A stretch of DNA of 64,000 nucleotides from positions 576,001 to 640,000 of the forward strand of contig CAVRJO010000001.1 in the NCBI GenBank assembly GCA_963722255.1. The letters are read 5' to 3'. The notes beneath the pieces were generated by a model. It was not told the DNA's origin and ran no database searches. It was given only the letters and a program-made list of their open reading frames with translations. Shown in pieces: positions 1-9,643 of the stretch. Positions within the stretch are counted from its first letter, which is position 1; each line of letters begins with the position of its first letter. The DNA is from Candidatus Babeliales bacterium. Lineage in GTDB: Bacteria; Babelota; Babeliae; Babelales; JANWKD01. The position numbers and the translations under genes were made by a program.

Positions 1-157
1 TCTTCGTTTATCCAGGCCTTCCGGCTTGGCAAACTACGCCTGGCTTCGCCGGTTAATGAAAAAATTTCATAACTGGGTTGCTTCGCAAGCTCGCAATGAC
101 ATTTTTTAGAATTGGCTTTGCATAAAGCAATGATACGTATTTAATTGAAATTAACAT

Positions 158-234
158 GCGCCTATAGCTCAATTGGATAGAGCGTCAGACTACGGATCTG
201 AAGGTTTAAGGTTCGACTCCTTATAGGCGCACCA
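158..234 (+). tRNA. tRNA-Arg(ACG)
   Basis: Cloverleaf: acceptor GCGCCTA/TAGGCGC, D-arm AGCTCAATTGGATAGAGC, anticodon arm TCAGA-CTACGGA-TCTGA, T-loop GTTCGACTC, encoded CCA. Confidence 0.97.
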
Positions 235-266
235 GTCATTTCTTTCAGAAATGACTGGCAGGCCAG
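232..266 (+). repeat. tRNA-3'-associated palindrome, copy 1
   Basis: CCAGTCATTTCT-TTC-AGAAATGACTGG-CAGGCCAG; near-identical copy at 1245-1279. Confidence 0.85.
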
Positions 267-516
267 TTTATTCCGGCCAAGCCATCTGGCAAGACGGAAC
301 AACTTAACTTCCCCAATCCTTTCGTAACCTGTTCTTTACTATGTTTCTAAAAGTCTATCCCCCCAAGGGTTTTTATCAGATATAATAGCCCATTTTTGAA
401 TACAAATGGAAATAACTAACAAAATATCCCTTCACAGACTGTATTTTTTTATAAATTATGGTATGCTATTTGTTGATAGTATAGCTAATTACTTCAATAT
501 ATCGAAAGTTATTATT

Positions 517-1050
517 ATGAAACTAATATATGCAAAGATTATTCTAACGACCCTTTTTGGAGCTTCAATTTTTAATACAATTTCTATGGAAAACGATACT
601 AATATCGCAAAAGTAGATTGTAAGAATGTAGTAATTATTGCCAAAAAAAACTCAGACTTTTTTCTTGAATATTGCGAACAATTACAAGCAGAAAACAATC
701 CTACTTTGAGCAGAGAAATTAAAGCATTTCAAAAAAAAATAAACTATTATACAAAGTTTATAGACACATTAGAAAATATAAAGAAGGAATATCCTTTTGA
801 CTTTTATATTTATGTTCCCTTATTTGTAAAAAAATATTTTTCACATTTTAATAGGTGCATTCATGGCATAAATACACATTTCCCGAGCTATGATATATCG
901 GAAATTGTAAAGTGCTGTCACGAAGACCGTGTATTTCTAGGGCCCATAAATCAGAATGCAGATATTGCGATTGAAAGGCTTTTCAGTCATGTTGAAGAAA
1001 AAAAATCAAATCTACGCAACAGTAATTACCCAAAGCCTTTGCGTGTCTAA
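517..1050 (+). CDS. Hypothetical secreted protein (signal peptide + SME motif)
   Basis: ORF 406..1050; more plausible start MKLIYAKIILTTLFGASIFNTI-SMEN at 517. Confidence 0.7.
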   Translation: MKLIYAKIILTTLFGASIFNTISMENDTNIAKVDCKNVVIIAKKNSDFFLEYCEQLQAENNPTLSREIKAFQKKINYYTKFIDTLENIKKEYPFDFYIYVPLFVKKYFSHFNRCIHGINTHFPSYDISEIVKCCHEDRVFLGPINQNADIAIERLFSHVEEKKSNLRNSNYPKPLRV

Positions 1051-1155
1051 TCAAGATTCGTGTAACTGAAATTTCTATAAAAAAGAAATTTTCTTACTCA
1101 GAACAATTTTGATTTTTTTATATTTTGCTTTACACTAAAAACTAAGATTTTTACT

Positions 1156-1247
1156 GGAGAGATGGCAGAGCGGTCGAATGCGGCGGTCTTGAAAACCGTT
1201 ATCCCGAGTGATCGGGATCGTGGGTTCGAATCCCACTCTCTCCTCCA
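1156..1247 (+). tRNA. tRNA-Ser(TGA)
   Basis: GGAGAGA acceptor, anticodon loop CTTGAAA, long variable arm ATCCCG-AGTGAT-CGGGAT, GTTCGAATCC, encoded CCA. Confidence 0.97.
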
Positions 1248-1279
1248 GTCATTTCTTTCAGAAATGACTGACAGGCCAG
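1245..1279 (+). repeat. tRNA-3'-associated palindrome, copy 2
   Basis: CCAGTCATTTCTTTCAGAAATGACTGACAGGCCAG; one mismatch to copy 1. Confidence 0.85.
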
Positions 1280-1327
1280 ACTTCGCTAACCTATCCTTCG
1301 AAAAGCTCATAGAGCATCAGTTTAAAA

Positions 1328-1490
1328 TTTATAAATATCCTCCGGTAGCTACACGTGAACCTGGAATTTTGATGCGTCAGCATCAACAATGGAATGGTTC
1401 ATATTGGAGCGGGAGAGGGATCAAACGGAACCGTTTGTGCCCTTTTGTCTGCAGTATTTTGGGCATGCAAAATACTGCTAATAAAAAAAT
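1328..1490. repeat. Dispersed three-hairpin structured repeat, copy A
   Basis: Homologous to 6524-6765; ends in TCAAACGGAACCGTTTGTGCCCTTTTGTCTGCAGTATTTTGGGCATGCAAAATACTGCTAATAAA. Confidence 0.85.
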
Positions 1491-1585
1491 CCTTTGGTAT
1501 CTGGATTGTGTTAAAAAAGGAAAAAAAAGAAAATGCGATAAATTTGTAAAGCAAGTTGAACGCTTAAAACTTTATAAAAAAATCT

Positions 1586-1630
1586 AAAAAAAAGGCAGAG
1601 CCGGTAATTAAATTTGGCTCTGCCTTTTTT
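1586..1630. terminator. Bidirectional intrinsic terminator
   Basis: A-tract GGCAGAGCC...GGCTCTGCC T-tract, just downstream of the ankyrin gene. Confidence 0.8.
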
Positions 1631-1647
1631 CTAAAAAATTTCTATTC

Positions 1648-2490
1648 TTAACTACAAAGATGAGTTAAGCCATAAGAAACAAGAGCTCCTAACAAAAATC
1701 CTGGTAAGAATCCATCTCCAGAATCCCCTTTAGGCTTAGAATCGGTTGATCCCTGCGCAGAATTGGAATATGCACCAGCGTTACGCAAAAAATTAGCAAC
1801 ATCTCTATAACCTTTAGCATAATCAAGAACTGTTTTCCCAAAATTTGTTCGAGCGTTAACATTTGCACCATGTTGTACTAAAAGTCTGCATGTTTCTTTA
1901 TGCCCTTTTTGTGCCGCCCACATTAATGCCGTTGATCCCCAATTGGTTCGTACATCAACAAAAGCCCTATGCTTAAGTAACAGTTCGCAAACAGCAGTAT
2001 GACCATGCTCTGCAGCATACATTAAGGCAGTTTTACCATCATTTGTACATGCAGAAATCTTAGCCCCATCCTCAAGTAGAATCCTACACGCTTTTTTATG
2101 ACCATTTTGAGCTGCCCACATTAAGGGAGTCGAACCCCAGTTGGTTTGTGCATTAACATTGGCACCTAAAATGATAAGCTTTCTGCACGTAAGAAAATTA
2201 CCAGACTCTGCAGCAAATGCTAATGCTGTTTTACCCTCTTTATTGGCTCCATTAATACGAGTCCCAAGATCAAGAAGTGGTACTAATAAATCATTATATC
2301 CATACTTTGCTGCATCAAAAAATGCTTGTTGGTAATTGTTACCATACTTTTCCAAAAATTGCCAAACCGATTCTCTAGGAGACCGATATTCATAATATTC
2401 TTGATTCTTAGGGTAATACCCAAAATCGCCACTGCCAGCATATGCTGCTGCAGAAAATAACAGTAAAGAAGCTACTGTAGAAAATTTCAT
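1648..2490 (-). CDS. Ankyrin-repeat protein with signal peptide and hydrophobic C-terminal tail
   Basis: About 5-6 repeats of G.T(A/P)L..AA..G....C..LL..GA.VN. Confidence 0.95.
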   Translation of the reverse strand: MKFSTVASLLLFSAAAYAGSGDFGYYPKNQEYYEYRSPRESVWQFLEKYGNNYQQAFFDAAKYGYNDLLVPLLDLGTRINGANKEGKTALAFAAESGNFLTCRKLIILGANVNAQTNWGSTPLMWAAQNGHKKACRILLEDGAKISACTNDGKTALMYAAEHGHTAVCELLLKHRAFVDVRTNWGSTALMWAAQKGHKETCRLLVQHGANVNARTNFGKTVLDYAKGYRDVANFLRNAGAYSNSAQGSTDSKPKGDSGDGFLPGFLLGALVSYGLTHLCS

Positions 2491-2673
2491 AAAAATCCCT
2501 TCCTAAAACTGAAGTTATTATAACTTTTACCCTACAAAGGATAACAGCGTCAATCCTATCTGTCAAAACTATAAAATTCTAACTTATTTAAAATTTCAGC
2601 ACAACGCAATAGACCATTGTAGTAAATAGGTGTATACTGGTAAAAAGATCTATTATTAAAATGAGGTTGTGTA

Positions 2674-4281
2674 ATGCTTACAAAAGCTCTAATTAAAAAA
2701 ATTCTATTAGTATTTATCATATCAGGTGGGGCTAGTTACTATTTTTTTCAAAAAGAGATGGTAAACCTTGGAACCAAATCTGATGAAAAAGCTCTTGCCA
2801 TAAAACCGGAATGCCTTTCTTCAAGCAAGCCTTCAACGCAATCATCATTTAGCGGAAGCAAAAATAAGGGTTTTGAATCGGTCACCCAAACAACTCCTTT
2901 ACAAAAATTATCAGTTGTTGGAGCTCTTCCGGCCTGGCTTAAGGGCACACTTATTGGAACGGGTCCTGCTCAATTTGAATTAGGACCAACAAAAGCGGCC
3001 TACTGGTTTAATGGACTTGCACTGCTACATGGTTTTTATTGTGACGGCAGTTCCATTTCGTATCAAAATAGCTTTTTGGATAGTGTTTATTATCAGCGCT
3101 GTATGAAAAATGGCAGATTTGATAGTAGTATGAGCACGGAAAAACCTAAAGGCTTCTTTTCTCGTCTTGCATCTGCTGCTTTAGGAGCTCCTGAGCCATA
3201 TGATAACGGGAATCTCGCCATAGCACACTTGAATGATAAAGTTATTGCTCTTACTGAAACAACATTAGGAGTGCAAATCGATCCTCTTACGTTAAAAACG
3301 ATTGCGCCTTTTAATCTTAACGATTATTTAGAAGGGCATCTTACTACCATAAATTTTTTATATGATGCATCTAATCAGACCTACTATAATTACCTCATAA
3401 ACTTTGGCACGACCAGTAATTATGTTGTCTACAAGATTGGGGCTGATTCAATCGCCAAACAACTAAATACAACATCGGTAAAAATGCCCTCCTATATGCG
3501 CAGCATGGCGATGACAAAAAACTATATCATACTTATAGAAATTCCTTTTGTGGTTAATCCTATGGATCTCCTTTTAGGAGCAGGAGCATTTATCGAAAAA
3601 GTTCAATGGAAACCCGAATTAGGGACAAACTTCATAGTAATTGACAAAAACAGTGGCGCAACCGTTAAAACATTGCACACTCAGACTCCCTTTTTAGTTT
3701 TTTCAACAATTAATGCTTTTGAAAAAAATGATGAATTAGTGATAGATTGTGTTGCTTATAATGATGCTCAGATTATTCCCTATACAAAGGTCGATTCATT
3801 ACACAGCACCAATGAGCATGAGTTTGAACCTTCATATTATACGCGGATAAAGCTTAATCTCGCAAACTCGTCAGTGATACATAAACAACTGTGCACATCA
3901 ACACTCGCGTCTCCTACCTTCAATAAATCCTTACGCATGGAACCTTATTCATTTGTGTATGGTATAAGTGCATCGGAACCGCATAAATTCCCACACAAAA
4001 TAATAAAAATTAATACACAAAATGGTTCACTACAAGAATGGCAACAGCAAGGATGTTATGCAAATGAACCGATCTTTGTTCCTGCCCCTCACGCAAGCAA
4101 AGAAGATGATGGCGTGATTCTATCGCTAATTTTTGACAGCGGTGCAAACAAATCATTCTTACTCATACTTGATGCTGCAACATTGCAAGAAATTGCACGA
4201 GCGTATCTACCCACTCCTCTACCATTAGGCGTTGCCGGAACATTCCTTTACAACGAATCAATGAAAGTAAATCCTGCATGA
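2674..4281 (+). CDS. Carotenoid oxygenase/RPE65-family protein with N-terminal anchor; metal ligands absent
   Basis: G.LP.WL.G.L..GP, WFNG..LH, ALTE, EPIFVPAP....EDDGVILS, FLLILDA..L.EIARA motifs. Confidence 0.9.
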   Translation: MLTKALIKKILLVFIISGGASYYFFQKEMVNLGTKSDEKALAIKPECLSSSKPSTQSSFSGSKNKGFESVTQTTPLQKLSVVGALPAWLKGTLIGTGPAQFELGPTKAAYWFNGLALLHGFYCDGSSISYQNSFLDSVYYQRCMKNGRFDSSMSTEKPKGFFSRLASAALGAPEPYDNGNLAIAHLNDKVIALTETTLGVQIDPLTLKTIAPFNLNDYLEGHLTTINFLYDASNQTYYNYLINFGTTSNYVVYKIGADSIAKQLNTTSVKMPSYMRSMAMTKNYIILIEIPFVVNPMDLLLGAGAFIEKVQWKPELGTNFIVIDKNSGATVKTLHTQTPFLVFSTINAFEKNDELVIDCVAYNDAQIIPYTKVDSLHSTNEHEFEPSYYTRIKLNLANSSVIHKQLCTSTLASPTFNKSLRMEPYSFVYGISASEPHKFPHKIIKINTQNGSLQEWQQQGCYANEPIFVPAPHASKEDDGVILSLIFDSGANKSFLLILDAATLQEIARAYLPTPLPLGVAGTFLYNESMKVNPA

Positions 4282-5036
4282 ACAAACAGCTCGATTCATA
4301 TTATCAGCTATCAACACAATTTTATGATCTTGAAAAACCTCATGCAACCGCCAATGAACTTTCATGGTATATGCATTATGCACAGCAAGCCAATGGACCT
4401 ATTCTTGAGCCCATGTGCGGAACCGGACGTTACATAATCCCCATGCTTGAAAAAGGACTCGATGTTGAAGGATTTGATGCTTCAGAACATATGCTTGTAG
4501 CATTACAAGAAAAATGCTCTCAAAAAAATCTCGTTCCAAAAGTTCAACGCTGTTTCATACAAGAATTTAAATCTGAACGACGCTACGCTCTTATTTTTAT
4601 CCCAAGCGGATCATTTGGGCTCATAACTAATAAAGATGAAGTTAAACACTGTTTACAAAATATACATGATCACCTTATTCCCGGTGGTAAATTTGTTTTT
4701 GAAGTTGATACACCACAAGCTATCACTGCTTCATTAAATAGTTGGAATAGTTCAACCTATAAAAAAAATGATGGCACTCTTATTATTGGCCACCAACGTC
4801 CTTCATATAATCCAAAAAGCCAAATCGTTACTATTGCCTGCCATTATGAACTAAAAGATCACAATGGTCTTATTGCTTGCGAATCTGAAAAAGTTCAACT
4901 ACGGCTTTACAAGCGATATGAAATTGATTCTCTGCTTAAAGAGATCGGATTTTCTTTTGTTACCTATAAAGCGCATCACAAAATTATTGCAAATGAATTT
5001 GATTCAACGCTTATTTATGAATGCAAGAAAGTATAA
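4278..5036 (+). CDS. Class I SAM-dependent methyltransferase
   Basis: ILEPMCGTGR, GFDAS..ML, HLIPGGKFVFE; ATGA overlap with the upstream gene. Confidence 0.92.
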   Translation: MNKQLDSYYQLSTQFYDLEKPHATANELSWYMHYAQQANGPILEPMCGTGRYIIPMLEKGLDVEGFDASEHMLVALQEKCSQKNLVPKVQRCFIQEFKSERRYALIFIPSGSFGLITNKDEVKHCLQNIHDHLIPGGKFVFEVDTPQAITASLNSWNSSTYKKNDGTLIIGHQRPSYNPKSQIVTIACHYELKDHNGLIACESEKVQLRLYKRYEIDSLLKEIGFSFVTYKAHHKIIANEFDSTLIYECKKV

Positions 5037-5047
5037 GAAGATTAATC

Positions 5048-5806
5048 TTATTTTCTTATAAACCATGGAATAAAAACAGATGTTTTTCGTTTATATTCTT
5101 GATATTCAGAACTGTTTTCCATCGCTTTTTCAACCCACGGAATGCCCGTTACAAAAACAAGTAAACAAGTAATCGTAACTGGTGCAATAACAGCAGTTAA
5201 ACCATACGGCACTATTGATGCTATGCAAAAAATTCCCCACCACATCATTGATTCGCCAAAATAGTTAGGATGACGAGAATACCGCCAAAGGCCAAAACGC
5301 ATTACGCGGCCTTTATTGAGCGCATTATGCATAAACTTGTATAATTGGTAATCACTGATCGATTCAAAACAAAAACCAAAAAGCCATAATGCTAAACCAA
5401 AAAAATCAAAAAAAGATAAACCGCGCTGAATGTTATAGGTGTTAACTAAAATCGCGGGATAACTCATGATTGCAATCAAGAGCGTTTGCCCAAAAACCCA
5501 GAGTATGTTGATAAAAAGAGCTTTCAATCCTTGCCATTTCCATGCAGCAAATCGTGGATCTTTTCCGGTATAGCGAATATATACATAGGAAATAAGTCGT
5601 AGCGCCCAAAGCACGATAAGAGATGTTATCAGCATTTGTTGCGGCAAAAAAGAGCTCATTTTAAAAAATGTAAAAAGAGCTACCAGCATAACGCCACCGC
5701 CCCATGTAAAATTTGCAATACTTGTATCGCCTTTGAACTGCACTAATGCAACCATACACGATAAATATATAAAGAGTAAACTTACTCCACAAATAAGTTC
5801 AGACAT
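5048..5806 (-). CDS. DUF1295 / steroid 5-alpha-reductase-like membrane protein
   Basis: WALRL, DPRF, ESISDYQL, GLWRYSRHPNYFGE, Y.EY.RKTS.FIPW. Confidence 0.92.
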   Translation of the reverse strand: MSELICGVSLLFIYLSCMVALVQFKGDTSIANFTWGGGVMLVALFTFFKMSSFLPQQMLITSLIVLWALRLISYVYIRYTGKDPRFAAWKWQGLKALFINILWVFGQTLLIAIMSYPAILVNTYNIQRGLSFFDFFGLALWLFGFCFESISDYQLYKFMHNALNKGRVMRFGLWRYSRHPNYFGESMMWWGIFCIASIVPYGLTAVIAPVTITCLLVFVTGIPWVEKAMENSSEYQEYKRKTSVFIPWFIRK

Positions 5807-5969
5807 ACATTCCTTTATAGTATAGATGATTATTTATATATAGTAGCTTTATAAAATTGGTATTAATTTATCAATTATTTTAAATAGAGAAACATTTTTC
5901 ATTTGAGTTAATTATGATACAATTAGCATGTAATAAATGACACGAATATTTTATTATTAGAAAGGTCAT

Positions 5970-6347
5970 GTGTTTATTGTAAAAAAAATTTTCCCAGTTA
6001 TTATGGCAATTTCATTTTATGTATTGTGTATGGCGCATCAAGCAACAGCCGTTTTTACTTTGTCCGATGTTACAGACATTTTGTGTTTTGAAGTTACAAT
6101 TTATGATAGCAAAACTCAAGAATCTGTAAGGCCAGTACGTAATACACGGTTTAGATTGCCCGGTATTAAATTAATTAGAAATGAAACCGCTTTATGGGAT
6201 AATAGAAAAATACAGAGCCATTGTGTAATTAGTATAATGCCCATAGAAATTCTTACGATCTGTTTAGGTATAAAATATGTTCCTAAACTCTATCAACTCA
6301 TCAGGGATATTAGATACACGAATGCATCAGTTGTAAATAGTAATTAA
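5970..6347 (+). CDS. Hypothetical membrane/secreted protein
   Basis: 125-aa ORF with AAGG RBS, hydrophobic N-terminus and a hydrophobic C-terminal segment. Confidence 0.55.
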   Translation: MFIVKKIFPVIMAISFYVLCMAHQATAVFTLSDVTDILCFEVTIYDSKTQESVRPVRNTRFRLPGIKLIRNETALWDNRKIQSHCVISIMPIEILTICLGIKYVPKLYQLIRDIRYTNASVVNSN

Positions 6348-6367
6348 TGTAGAAAAGATTTTATTAT

Positions 6368-6445
6368 CTGGATCCCCCAGCCGTCGCACGAGGCTATGGC
6401 GGGCACGGCACGAATTTCACTACGTGAAAATTCTCTGGATGACAA
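6368..6445. repeat. GC-rich palindromic (REP/RPE-like) intergenic element
   Basis: CTGGATCCCC..GCCGTCGC-ACGAG-GCTATGGC..GAATTTCAC-TAC-GTGAAAATTC..GGATGAC; loosely similar elements at about 74-100 and 32731-32784. Confidence 0.45.
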
Positions 6446-6523
6446 TTCTACATTCATTTATTTCTTTTAAATTCGCTTAAATATTTACCAGCTTTATTTT
6501 AACATAATTTATCGAGTTCACGT

Positions 6524-6765
6524 TTTATAAATATATTCCGGTAATGCATCGTGCACCCGAAATTTTGATGCGATAGCGCCAACAATAAAATTGTTAATAT
6601 ATAAATAAAAAGTTTCCGGTAGCACGTCGTGCACCCGAAATCATAAGGCTGCAAAGCCGCAATGATGTGTGGTGCATATACGTGCGGAAAAGGGGTCAAA
6701 CGGAACTGTTTGTGCCCTTTTGTCTGCAGTATTTTGGGCACGCAAAATACTGCTAATAAATAAAT
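6524..6765. repeat. Dispersed structured repeat, copy B (partial unit plus full unit)
   Basis: TATAAAT..TCCGGTA..CGTGCACCCGAAAT occurs twice in tandem; the 3' ~75 bp are nearly identical to copy A. Confidence 0.85.
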
Positions 6766-6887
6766 TTTAGACAAATAAAATAGTGCATTAAAAAAAATTC
6801 TAGATTCTCTTCAAAATGTCTTGCTACAATCAAGTCGCTCATTCATAGGTTTAAAATAAAAACAACAAAAAAAAATAAAAAAAAATT

Positions 6888-8171
6888 ATGAAGCTCTCTC
6901 CTCTAGATCAAGTCCTTTGGTATATTAATCGACCACTCTGCAAACCTGCAACAAAATCTGTAAAAGTCGATGTTCTTGTTGTTGGTGGAGGGATGGCCGG
7001 ATTAAGCGCAGCACAAACTTTTCATGAAAAAGGCCTCTCTGTTGCTTTAATTGAAAAAAATTATTGCGGCGCAGGCGCCAGCGGAAGAAGCTCCGGTTTT
7101 ATCACTCCCGATTCTGAATTTTCGCTGCACAATTTATTAGAATTTTATGGTCCTGATCAAGGAAAAAATTTATGGGAATTTGCAGTATCCGGCGTTGAAC
7201 TCATTCGTTCAAATATTAAAAAATATGCAATCTCATGTGATTACCAAGAACAAGATACCTTAGTTCTTGCAACAAGCAAAAAGTCATTACAAAATTCAAT
7301 AGAAAAAGAGTATAAAGCACGTGCAGATCTGCAGTATCAAAGCAACCTCTACTCTCAAGAGACACTGCCTACGATAATTGGATCTTCTAAATATTATGGC
7401 GGCATTCGTTATCCTAATACCTTTGGCATCTGCGCTTATCAATATTGCCAAGCAATGAAACATATTTTACTCAATCAAGGTGTACAGATTTTTGAAGATT
7501 GTCCTGCAACAGAAATTATTTCGCATGAAGTCAAAACGCCATCAATGCATTTTAAAGCAGAAAAAATAGTGCTGTGCATAGATCGATTTATACGGGATTT
7601 TGGAAAATTACTCAGTTCGGTTTACCATGTGCAAACATTTTTAATGATGAGTGCACCGCTTACCATAGAGCAAACAAAACTTTTATTTCCGGAACAACGC
7701 ATGATGGCATGGGATACCGATTTGATTTATAACTATTTTCGCTTAGATGGCGACAATAGACTTATGCTTGGTGGTGCGCGGTTGCTTTCAACCTATGCAT
7801 CATGCGAAGAACATAAAACGGCAAGGGTACAAAAAAAACTTATGAACTATTGTAAAGAAAAATTTCCTCATATTCCTTTACACTTTAATTATATCTGGCC
7901 GGGCATCATTGGCATCACAAAAGATATCATGCCGGTTGCAGGATTTGATAAAGATAATACACATATCTATTACGTAACTGGTGCTGCAGGCCTACCTTGG
8001 GCAGCTGCGTTAGGCGTTTATAGCGCAGAAAGCATGATTGATAAGCGCACCGATCTTGATGACGTTTTTTCTCCCTACCGCCATTTTACGTTAGGATCAA
8101 CCGCTCAAAAAGTTCTTGGCACAAAGCTTACCTTCGCCTTATCAAATTTTATGCGCACACGGTCATTGTAA
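6888..8171 (+). CDS. FAD-dependent oxidoreductase (DAO/PuuB-like)
   Basis: DVLVVGGGMAGLSAA, GASGRSSG, YFRL..DNRLMLGG, W.G..GIT.D..P. Confidence 0.92.
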   Translation: MKLSPLDQVLWYINRPLCKPATKSVKVDVLVVGGGMAGLSAAQTFHEKGLSVALIEKNYCGAGASGRSSGFITPDSEFSLHNLLEFYGPDQGKNLWEFAVSGVELIRSNIKKYAISCDYQEQDTLVLATSKKSLQNSIEKEYKARADLQYQSNLYSQETLPTIIGSSKYYGGIRYPNTFGICAYQYCQAMKHILLNQGVQIFEDCPATEIISHEVKTPSMHFKAEKIVLCIDRFIRDFGKLLSSVYHVQTFLMMSAPLTIEQTKLLFPEQRMMAWDTDLIYNYFRLDGDNRLMLGGARLLSTYASCEEHKTARVQKKLMNYCKEKFPHIPLHFNYIWPGIIGITKDIMPVAGFDKDNTHIYYVTGAAGLPWAAALGVYSAESMIDKRTDLDDVFSPYRHFTLGSTAQKVLGTKLTFALSNFMRTRSL

Positions 8172-8188
8172 AAGTTAAAAGTATACGT

Positions 8189-9643
8189 TTACTTTTCCAC
8201 TTCTTTATTTTTTTTAACACGCGCTGTAACGACTTTTGCAAAGGTAGGAAAATCAAATAATTTTAACTTAGTGCTGGTATGTTTTCGTAGAAACAACCTA
8301 CGCTGATCAGGAAATTCTTTATAATCCAACGTCGCAATAGCTGAAATATATTCTTCATTGATCTCCGCTAAACATTTTTTTGACGCAGTATCAATCACTT
8401 TTAATGTACCTAAATTATCTATAACAATAAGCGATGGATCCAATGCTGCTAATGCATATATAACATCAGTACAAATTTTTTGTTCTTCATGCCCTGAAGA
8501 ATCATATTGCATGAGAATATTATCACCAATGAAAATTTTATTATTGAGGAATAGCAATTTTGAGACTTTATTGTTTTGCTTTTGTATTGTTTTAATGCAT
8601 TGATAGCTATCAACATTCCAAAATTTAATAGTTCTTGAACTTGATACTAAAATACCACGTGGCAACAATAACAAATCTTTAACTCCAACCTTATCATCTT
8701 CTATACAGTGTAATAGTGTACCATCTTTACTTGCTACTATTTGAATACCAAATTCTAGAGCTACAGCAATCCGATCTTTATCGATAAATCTTATTGCTCG
8801 GGGTTCCGAAAGCATACCAAACTTAATTTTCCAACATGGTTCTGAACTAGTACCCGCACTATCAAATAATACAATATGGCCAAATATATTTCCTGTTGCA
8901 ACTAATTTTTTATACTTTTCAATAATCTTAGACGAATGAATATTATCATGAAAACAATGTAAAGATTCCATATAATTATCTAGGCCATAAACACACAGTG
9001 TCTCATCTGCAAAAGCTAATAATAACTTTCTTTTTTTTAGTTTAATTCCTTCAATAGTCTTTTTATAGTCGATTTTTTTAGACTCAATAACAAATGCATC
9101 ATCAGACCATGCAAACTCTTCTTTAATGCGATGCGCAATTGACTGGGGTAGAGTTTCTAATATTTCTAAATACTCAGATTGATTATTTTCATTAATGGTC
9201 GACAGTTGCTTAATTGCTAAAGAAATGAGCCGTTGGACATTAACATCTGAATCACAAACAATTCTTACTGCGTCATTAAACCATGTATAAAATATTGGAT
9301 TACCCATATCATTCAGCTTTTGCCATCGATGCTTATTTTCATCATAAACTTCAACTTCTCGATCATTGAATGCAAATCTTGCTTTATGAAGTTTAAAAGC
9401 ACAAAAAAGGTCTCTGAGCGCTTCTATTGTCTCTTCAAAAGTTTCAGGTTCTGCATCCAAAGCAACCTTTTTTTCTTGTACATATTTTTTCAACTGCTTA
9501 GATAATTTAAAAGTTACCACAGAATCGAGCACGAGAACTTTATCTTTTTGGCGTATCTTTTCCATACCCATGAGTAATGAACTGTGCATAAACACTAGAG
9601 AAGAAACAATCAAAAATGTGCAATGACGATTACGCTTATTCAT
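8189..9643 (-). CDS. Secreted protein: conserved N-domain + WD40-like beta-propeller
   Basis: Start MNKRNR after AAGG RBS; signal + GME; LVSSSRTIKFWNVDSYQCIKT and GTLKVIDTASKKCL are WD-like; N-domain paralogous to 9802..10662. Confidence 0.75.
   Translation of the reverse strand: MNKRNRHCTFLIVSSLVFMHSSLLMGMEKIRQKDKVLVLDSVVTFKLSKQLKKYVQEKKVALDAEPETFEETIEALRDLFCAFKLHKARFAFNDREVEVYDENKHRWQKLNDMGNPIFYTWFNDAVRIVCDSDVNVQRLISLAIKQLSTINENNQSEYLEILETLPQSIAHRIKEEFAWSDDAFVIESKKIDYKKTIEGIKLKKRKLLLAFADETLCVYGLDNYMESLHCFHDNIHSSKIIEKYKKLVATGNIFGHIVLFDSAGTSSEPCWKIKFGMLSEPRAIRFIDKDRIAVALEFGIQIVASKDGTLLHCIEDDKVGVKDLLLLPRGILVSSSRTIKFWNVDSYQCIKTIQKQNNKVSKLLFLNNKIFIGDNILMQYDSSGHEEQKICTDVIYALAALDPSLIVIDNLGTLKVIDTASKKCLAEINEEYISAIATLDYKEFPDQRRLFLRKHTSTKLKLFDFPTFAKVVTARVKKNKEVEK

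Noticed and set aside
158..1247. tRNAs as integration sites of a prophage or island
   Set aside because: No integrase and no duplicated tRNA 3' end found in the window.
1098..1587. ORFs 1098..1310(-) and 1162..1587(+)
   Set aside because: Shadow translations of tRNA-Ser and the adjacent structured repeats.
1648..1662. CaaX prenylation motif on the ankyrin protein
   Set aside because: It ends HLCS; the Cys is at -2, not -4.
6524..6645. Tandem TCCGGTA..CGTGCACCCGAAAT units as a CRISPR array
   Set aside because: Only two imperfect units and no cas genes; they belong to the larger dispersed element.
6499..6774. 91-aa ORF on the minus strand
   Set aside because: Coincides with the structured repeat; covariation favours a non-coding role.
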